DNA from: the human T2T-CHM13v2.0 reference genome, Homo sapiens
Assembly: GCF_009914755.1 (NCBI RefSeq)
Contig: NC_060927.1
Reading direction: 5' to 3' (one strand)
DNA length: 64,000 nt
The notes under the pieces are model-generated. The model had not been told where the DNA came from, searched no databases, and was given only the letters and a program-made list of their open reading frames with translations. The first letter of the stretch is position 1. Each line of letters starts with the position of its first letter. The position numbers and the translations under genes are program-made. Positions 55,813-64,000 of the stretch are shown here, piece after piece.

Positions 55813-57964
55813 ATGTTTGTTTCATTTTGTTTTGATTTGGTGGTTGTAGGTTTGGGTTTGTTGTTGCTGTGGTTGTTAGTTAAAATCCATGTTTCAAGAT
55901 GTAAAATCCAATGTTTCAACAGTACAAATTCTCGCAGAGGTGAAACAAGTATCTGGCAATCTCTTAGTGTCACATTCAAAATCAGAATTATTTCATGTGT
56001 TCCACAGCTGAGTTTATCTTTCTCGGTTTTACCTACTAAGTTCACATTTAGCACATTTGAAGGTGTAATGTCATCACTCCTCTTTCAGGACTCGGTCACT
56101 CCCCCATCCCCGCCCTATATTACAAATACTTTCAGGGTATCAAAATAGCTTTTAAAAACACTTTTTTTTTTCAAGTGAAAACAGCATTAGTGTTTTTAGC
56201 ACTTTCAGTGCCTGTTACCTGTGTTTCTTAGCATACTCAACAAAAAATACCCCCAAGTAACTAAAAATAAAATTAGCAAAACATACAGTTCTAATACAAA
56301 TTTACAGTAAGGTTATGTGCTTTTAAAAATCTATCAGAATCTTACGGGGAAAACATTTTTCCCATTTCTTACTGTATCTGTTCATTGTTAAATTTTTCTG
56401 CCCATCCATGAAATTTATTCTTGTACGTTTGTACTAGGAAACTAAAATTTTATTACACTGGAAACTCAACTCTTGCATAGAAGCTTTAAGCTACTCCATC
56501 TTTGAATGATAATTTTGAAGGTGAATAACTCTTAAACATGACATTTCAAATGGTTTTGGATTCAGTCTCCATAATTTGTTTCCATTATCAGTTTGTTTTG
56601 TGTATGTTAACGTTACTTGTATCTGTAAAAGGATATTAACCTGGAATTCTGCCTACAGGAAGGAGAATGGCCTCTTTTGCTTACATGATCCCAAACAAAA
56701 ACACCATCATCACCCGTTAGATAACCTATTTTAGGGTTTCCCTGATTTTATAAAGCATTTGTCTGACATATTATAACTATTTTAATTACTAAAAAATACC
56801 CATATGTATTATGCACTCTATATACACATAAGATATAAATGGCTGAACTAAAATCCTCATTGGAAAATTCTTGTATATTCTTTTAAAAGTCCACAGCATA
56901 AAAGTCTACTTTGTGAGCCTGAAAAAGTAGACTTCTACATCATCAGCATGTAAAAAATCTTTAAATCTCATTGAAACCTATTCTTAATTATTTAACACTC
57001 CTATCATGTTCAAATGTTGTGATTAATAGAAATGATCCTAAACTTTGTAGTCATTCGCAAAGCCCTATAATATGCTATAAAAACAATCTACTGACTTGTT
57101 ATCTGGGTTCTTCATTCTAATCTTTCTGAATAATGAGGTGACTTCGGTATATTAATGATGTCATTTTCTGGTTTTTATCCTCAACAGAAGCATATGATGG
57201 AAACCATTTATCTCAAACCAATTTAGTATCACACTGTAGAAGACAGTAAATGGAAGAAGTCTTGTATTGTGATTTATTTCATGCCGTATGATCTAAGGTT
57301 GCTAACTATTCATTGACTTTATCTGGTGTCCAATACACGATTGCCTAATTAAATTTTGGTGTCTAAGGCATAGCTACTGTCAATGCAATGGTTTCCTAAA
57401 ACTGGTAAAACGATTAACTGTGGAATTTGTGCTGGAACTTTTTGTTCAACAATATTATCTCTCAATATATCATGAGAGAGTTTTGCTTAAGAGAGTCTTC
57501 AACTTAATTATTCAAGTTGAAGCTATATTCATGCTATGGTGCAATGCAATGAACAGAATTCAATTCTAGAAATAGACTCCAGCTGGTTTACAATGACCAT
57601 TTATATTTTGTCCTTTGTTATATGTAGCATATTCACAATAATTAATAAACATTTATCAATCCTCTGTATGAGTGCACTAGGGGGTTTAATCATCTCTTCT
57701 TGCTTAGAATGGGCATAAGCATTATTATGAATCATCTAAGTAGCACATCTTCATATGCTTTTTTGATAGATGAAAAGCATCTTAATAGAAGTTAAGTTTA
57801 AATTTGGCATAATTCTGTTTTATAATGTAACAGTTACAAATACAAAATAAGTAGAAATATCCCCTTTTTCAGTTAATGAAATTGAATGGAATAACATCTA
57901 TTTTGAGAAGACTATATAAATTGTTAATATTTTATGTGGAAGTATGCATAAAAATTGTCATTTC

Positions 57965-58190
57965 TGTCCAAACCTTTATTAAAGATCTATTATTCTCTAA
58001 GCTGCACCACACATCAGAGATACAGAGATAAATAAGAGACAGTCCCTGTTCTCACAGAACTCACTTTCTAGTTGGGGAAATGGTACTGTAGAGCAGCAAA
58101 CACATTACTGTTATGGCTGCAGAGAAACGCAGCAGAGAAACCTTGCACAGAGGCCAGGTGGTATGTCAAATCAGAATTCACCAGGCAAGC
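57965..58190 (-). mobile_element. L2 3' end
   Basis: tttattaaagatctatta...gatacagagataaataagagacagtccctgttctcacagaactcactttctagttgggga. Confidence 0.75.
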
Positions 58191-60469
58191 GTCCCCTAGG
58201 ACTCTAACCACCTTTGACTCAGTTCTCAGCTTTGCAATCTAGGAACATAGTTGTCAGCAACTAAAAGATCAAATCAAGGAAACAGATTTTTATTTAGTAA
58301 GTTACTAGAAGCCTAGAGCTGTTTCAATATTTTATGTTAGTTTTCCCAATACTTTCCTATTAGATTATATTTTAATCTTTTTAATTAAATTTTATTAATT
58401 TTAATGTGAATGCATTGGAATTGTTAATTCTGAGGTTAATGCTTGTCTAAGAGGAGACAATATTATATCCAAATAGGAGACAGCTGTGAGGGATGCCTCA
58501 CTTTCACATCTCCCCAAACAGAAATGATAAATATAAGTTTCCTGCCAATAGCTTAAAGAGGGTGAAATGAAGACACAGAGGAGAGATGGTTAATCTTTTT
58601 GAGAAGATCTGGGTCAAGAGAGTTGAATCAGACACCTGATTCAACTCGATTAAATAAACAATGGATGCAAATCGGCTGAAAAGGTCAAAAGCAAAAATGA
58701 TAGAAGGGACGTCTGAATGATTTAAGGCTTTCTTGAGACTTGAGCCAGGAGAAAAAAACTGACTAGCCAATAACTGCAGGATTTTATGTAGGTTTATATA
58801 AGCAAGCCATAGATATGTAACAGTGTTCCTAGATGGTGATTATTTCTGTGGGTAATTTTACTGTCCTCAATTTTTTCCTTACACACTGACTAGAAACTTA
58901 AATTTGAATAAAATTTAACCATGCAATACAGTATAATCTTTATAGAGAAAAGGTGACTATTGAATTAAGCTTTGAATATGTGTGCAATTTTCTCCGATGC
59001 AAAATGCAAAAGCCACTTCAGGTTGACAGAACACATATTTATTAAACAAATATAAAAAGGATTTATCTGATATTATAAGATTTCAAATATCAAGCCGTAC
59101 AAAAGTAAAGCTGTTATACGTTTTATCATAATTTATTAATGATAGAGTTAATAAGCAAGCCCATGATTCCTACTGAAACTATTCCAGGATGTGTGTTAGC
59201 TAAAAATACCAATGTTCACACACGTGTACATGCATTGCCCATAATTAACCCATCACAAAAGTAGATCTCAAATTAGAAGATGAATGCAAACCACCCTTGA
59301 GTGCTAAAATCAGAAAAGACAAAATGAAGTGGTTGGTACTTATGAACTATATCAGGTACCTCTAGTGCTGCCTAAGAATCTCTCTCTGGGGCCCTTGAAC
59401 ACTTATCTCATTCCAGATCTGGCAAGTACTGATTTTGAATGATTACATCTTTCTTTATGCTCACATGGCACATTTTTCCTGCCTCCTTCATGTTTTCCTC
59501 TTGTTCCTGAGACAAGAGATGCAACTGGGACACATCAGGGCTTCCTTATGTGCAACCTGAAAGTGTGTGTTGGCAGGTGAGGAGCGGGGGAGGGCAGGTT
59601 CATGGCCTATGAAGAAAACCTGTCACAGTGGAAACTGGAAAAGACTGATTAATTATTTTTTCCTTCCCCCAAGGTAGACTGAGGTACAGCAGTTCATGCC
59701 GCCTTTTGAAGATGGCAAAATTGCGCTTGATGGAGAGTGTTGGCAGCTTGGGAATGCACCTGCATGTTTTTGCTCTCCCTCTGTCTCTTTACTCTGGTTC
59801 TGACTTCCTTGGGAGAGCACTTCCTAATAAAGAATTAGCACATAAACTTTTTCTTGAGATTCTACGCCTTTTATAGCTAGGAGAATAACCAATTCCAAAA
59901 AAAAAAATATATATATATAGACCCTTTGGATTACAGATAACTTCATTAAAGCTTTGGAAAAGCAAGGACACATAGTTCTTCAAAACTGTTTCTATGGAGA
60001 TTTAAGGAATAAATGTTTGCAGACTTCAGCCTTTTAACTTAAAAAAAAAAAAAACAACCTTTCTGGTTGCAAACACAATAAAGATCAGTAAGCCCAGCTT
60101 CTGAGTTATGGTTCATGGTCTGATACCCGGAGCCAAGTCCTCTGGCTACTTCAGAAGGAGGGAATGTCGGTTTTCCTTCTTTGCACTTCCGGTAGATGCT
60201 GTTTACAGATGGGTGGAAGATCAGCAAACTTTCTCAGGGAAAGCATAATGTGATTAAAACATAAAAAGCAAATAGAAGTTGGCAAGGGAAAGGGAAGTGA
60301 GGAATTTGGGAGTAATACTAGATGACTAGAAATCAGGATGACTAGAAATCAGGAGAGCACAGTTGCATTCACGAAACTGGATTCAATATGGTCACGTTAT
60401 AAAGTGATGGCTGAGGGTGTGGTGAGAGATGAGACTAGAGAGGAAGGAGAAGACTAAGTCTGAGCTATT

Positions 60470-60650
60470 TGAGTTGGTGGCCACTAGCTATATGTGGCTA
60501 CTTAAATGTAAGTTAACTGTAATTAAAGATTTCAGTCTTCATTCACATTAGCCACATTCGAAGTGTTCAGTAGCCCCATGTGGCTAGTAGCCACTACCTT
60601 GGACAGAGCAGAAACATCATAGAAAGTTTTCATTGGGCACAACTTGGATA
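60470..60650. mobile_element. MER3
   Basis: ggtggccactagctatatgtggcta...tagccacattcgaagtgttcagtagccccatgtggctagtagc...ttggacag. Confidence 0.85.
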
Positions 60651-60837
60651 GTTTTCTAAAGGTGTTCTAAGGTATTCTTATGCAATAACCATTTGTATTT
60701 ATTGACAGATTTAAAGCAGTGTGTTTCTTTCAAAAGCATCAATTTAAAGGGAAAGATGGGGCATTTTATTGTATTTATTTTATTTTGTTATTTGCTTTTT
60801 AATTACTAGTGAGATTGCCCTGCCTTTGCTTCAGGAA

Positions 60838-60840
<3 letters not shown>

Positions 60841-60875
<35 letters not shown>
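60841..60875. repeat. T35 homopolymer
   Basis: 35 consecutive T counted. Confidence 0.95.
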
Positions 60876-60876
<1 letters not shown>

Positions 60877-61740
60877 GTAAGGAATGACATGATGAGAAAA
60901 GCACTGGACTAGACTCTAGTCCAAAAATTAGCCATGTCATTTTAGGCAAATCCCCTGATTTTATTGATTCTCTGTTTTCTCAACTGTTAAGGTCATTAAA
61001 CTTCTGTGTCGCTTGTTCTAACTCCTAGTTAGTAAATAATGTAAAATAAATAATAAAATAAAGCAAAAACAGAGGGAAAGAGTTGAAAACCCTTTTTCAG
61101 AGGATCATTAACTGAGTCGTAAGGTGCAGTGGTGGGTGCATCAAGGGGGTTGTGCGGTGGCTGACAAGAGGTTGTAATGTGGGGAAGGGCAGGAGCGGGC
61201 TGGTCTTTACCCACTGCCATCCCCGTCCTCTTATTAAATAGAGATTCCTAGTATTGCTGTTATAAAAAATGTCCTGCTAAACATAGTTCTCTCAAAAATA
61301 TTTTTCTGAGATTCTCTGACAATTAAATCTGGATCCCAGCCCCAATATTCACCTGCAATTACATTATGGATGAAATTAAATGTGCACTTTCTATGGTGTA
61401 CATTTATTTTTCAAACCTCAGGAAGCCATATTGAGCTCTTAATCTCAGGTCAAGTGTCTTCTTATATCCCCTCCCTTGATTTTTGTACTCATAAGGTTGT
61501 ATCCAGAGAGAAGTTTGAGGAATAATTCATTACCTGGGAATTAAAGTAAACCTGGAGCTTGGGAGTCCTAACATATAACCATCTCTAAAATTCTGCAACT
61601 GTAGATTTTTAATCATCTAATTTTAGGGACTTCAAAATATTTTTCTGACTTTACCTACATTCGAATTAAGTTAAAATAGCACTGATAATGGATAGTAGGA
61701 TCCAAACAGAAACATTTTAAATGAATCTAGTTAAGTATTG

Positions 61741-62044
61741 AGCCGGGCACAGTGGCTCACACCTGTAATCCCAGCACTTCGGGAGGCCCAGGTGGGTGGA
61801 TGACTTGAGGCTGGGAGTTGGTGACCAGCCTGGCTAATGTGGTCAAACCCCGTCTCCACTAAAAATATAAAGATTAGCCAGGTGTAGTGGTGCACGCCTG
61901 TAATCCCAGCTACTCAGGAGGCTGAGGCAGGAGGATTGCTGGAACCTGGGATGCAGAGGCTGCTGTGAGCCGAAATCACGGCCCTGCACTCCAGCCTGGG
62001 TGACAGAACCAGTCTCTGCTCCAAACAGTCAAACAAACAAAAGA
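61741..62044 (+). mobile_element. Old Alu (Sz/Jb-like)
   Basis: Full dimer with (CAAA)n tail; 18-bp TSD gaatctagttaagt(a/g)ttg at 61723-61740 and 62045-62062. Confidence 0.93.
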
Positions 62045-63244
62045 GAATCTAGTTAAGTGTTGATGGTGAACATCAGCAGGCCCAGGCTTAATACTTATTT
62101 TTCCAACTTGCTTACTATAAATAGGAATAGATTTATTCTTGCCCATATTGTACCCGTAATAGGCATGAAAATCAAATTAAAATAAATATGAATAGGAATT
62201 AAAGTTTTATAACAACTTCAATCAAATCAATATGTGCACTCCATCAGAATTACAATTGATATAGTATATAGGAAAAATTGTGTTATCTAGGTTGTGTTTA
62301 CATATGACATCGTAGTCTTTACCATTGATGAATCACCATCTATAGATACATCACCCTTTAAAAATGCCTCGGATTATCTCATGCCACTGGAAGACTTTTG
62401 GCTCCAGGTTTTAATCAGTACTAGCAAGAGTTAAGGAAGCTGATTTATTGGCTCAGTTTGTAGTGTGAATGTTCACACGTATGTAATGTTTAAAATCCTC
62501 TAATCTCTGTGCAACCTCTCTGGGTTGTGTTTCCTCCAGAAAAATATTATCTGTTAAGGAATAATAACCTTTAACACTAAAGCCAATTTTTCCTGGAGCT
62601 TGTAATCTCTCTCAAAAGCTGACAGATTGTTTGGTCAGAATGTTGGGAAGGATCTTCATCATTTTTATTCATTCTTCACACGATGTACACACCACAGTGG
62701 CTCCTGTGTTGGAGCCAGGCCTACACAACTTCCTGTGAGCTTCTCCAAATCATAGCTGTGCTGCCAGGTCTTGACTGATGATAGTTGTTGAGAATCTGAT
62801 TCATATTTACAATGATAGAGAGAAACCCTTCACCTAGCCAGACTGATCACTGAGATGAGACTGACTCACTTGCTTAGTGTAGGCACAAAAGCTGATTTTT
62901 AAGTCTTGGCATTTTATTCTCAAAGTAACTCATAAAAAAGAGATTCAAAATATAGGCATTATTTTTACAAAAATATTCATAACTTGTTAAGGTATCAAAT
63001 CTTATAAGAAATGGGTGTCAAGAAATGTTTGAAGAAAATTTACCTGGGATATTAGAAAAATCATAGATTAGGGATGATTCCTATTTTAGGAAGTAAGGGA
63101 AATAAAATGATAAAATCACCAAAAGAACATGCTGATAAACATGGTAAAGACTTCTAATATTTAAAAGTTAGTATTTCAACACATGCAAATAAATTCAATA
63201 GCTCCATTTCATAGTGATAACATTGGAATAATAATATGGTCATG

Positions 63245-63795
63245 TGACAAATGTTTATCGAATATATACTGTGTGCCAGGCAGTGTTCTAGGTTCTGGGG
63301 AAAAAAAGAAGAAAACCATTAAAATCCCCTGTGTGGATTACACTTTGCTAAGGAAGATAGTAACAGATGTTTATGTAAAATAGAAAAGCTATTACATAGT
63401 GATAATTTTATAAGAAAATTGGAATAGAGAGTGCTTGGGGAAAAGCTGGTTGGGTTGTATTTGTTTTTTGTTTTTTTCCTCAATTTTAGAGTGGTCAGGA
63501 ATATTCTCTAGAAAAAGGTGGCATTTAAGCAAAGGGATGAAAGAGGTAACATATTATGGCAAGCTTAGTGCAGATTGCTCAGAGTGGAGGAAATGGGCTA
63601 TGCAAGAGACCTGAGAGAGAAGTGAGAGCGATGTAGGAGTAGAGAGGGAACTTTGAAGCAAGTAGTAAAGGGCCGTTTGTGCCATCCTAAGGACTTTCCT
63701 TTCACTCTGCGTGTAATGAGAAGTCATTTCAGGATTCTGAGCCAGACACTATCATCATCTGTTTGACATTTTCACAGATCATTCTGCGTTTGGAA
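63245..63795 (-). mobile_element. L2 3' portion
   Basis: acaaatgtttatcgaatatatactgtgtgccaggcagtgttctaggttctgggga...gtgccatcctaaggactttcc. Confidence 0.8.
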
Positions 63796-63824
63796 CAGAC
63801 TGTGGACTAGAAATATGATAGTGG

Positions 63825-64000
63825 GTTATTGAGCTATTACCAAGTGCCAGGCGTTGAACTAAGAAATTTACATATCGTATGCTATTTAACTCTAACAGTC
63901 CAATAAATGTAGATATTATGATTAGCCTTCATTTACTGAGAATAGGAAATTGAGGCTAAGAAGAATGAAATCAACAGCATCCTTAGTAAATTACACAGTG
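63825..64000 (-). mobile_element. MIR, runs off the window end
   Basis: ttattgagctattaccaagtgccaggc...aggaaattgaggctaag. Confidence 0.7.

Noticed and set aside
55505-56148. ORFs of 102-174 aa rich in HT/CV
   Set aside because: Produced by the (GT)n VNTR and adjacent low-complexity sequence.
61099-61112. gaggatcattaac resembling the 18S rRNA 3' end
   Set aside because: Only about 10 nt match and the flanks are unrelated to rDNA.

Overview
AT-rich, CpG-poor primate nuclear DNA, almost certainly human: it carries a full-length AluYb8 (25105) and a consensus-like AluYa5 (44922), both essentially human-specific subfamilies. I find no protein-coding exon, RNA gene, CpG island or CRISPR array. The longer ORFs in the track come from Alu, L1, LTR or microsatellite sequence, and the rest are short chance ORFs. 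The window reads as deep intron or intergenic DNA layered with transposons of many ages: L3/CR1, L2, MIR, hAT MERs, MaLR/ERV LTRs, L1M/L1PA fragments and about 16 Alus, many with readable target-site duplications (TSDs). I cannot assign the locus and I do not see a new multi-gene biological system. The most notable local structures are a palindrome/direct-repeat knot at 9.0-9.1 kb, a CR1 reverse-transcriptase fossil at 19.3-19.9 kb, two young and possibly polymorphic Alus (one inverted against an AluY), a CpG-rich (GTA)/(GTC) repeat at 47.2 kb and a higher-order G/GT-rich VNTR at 55.5 kb. Family calls come from remembered consensus sequences, not a RepeatMasker run, and boundaries of old elements are approximate.
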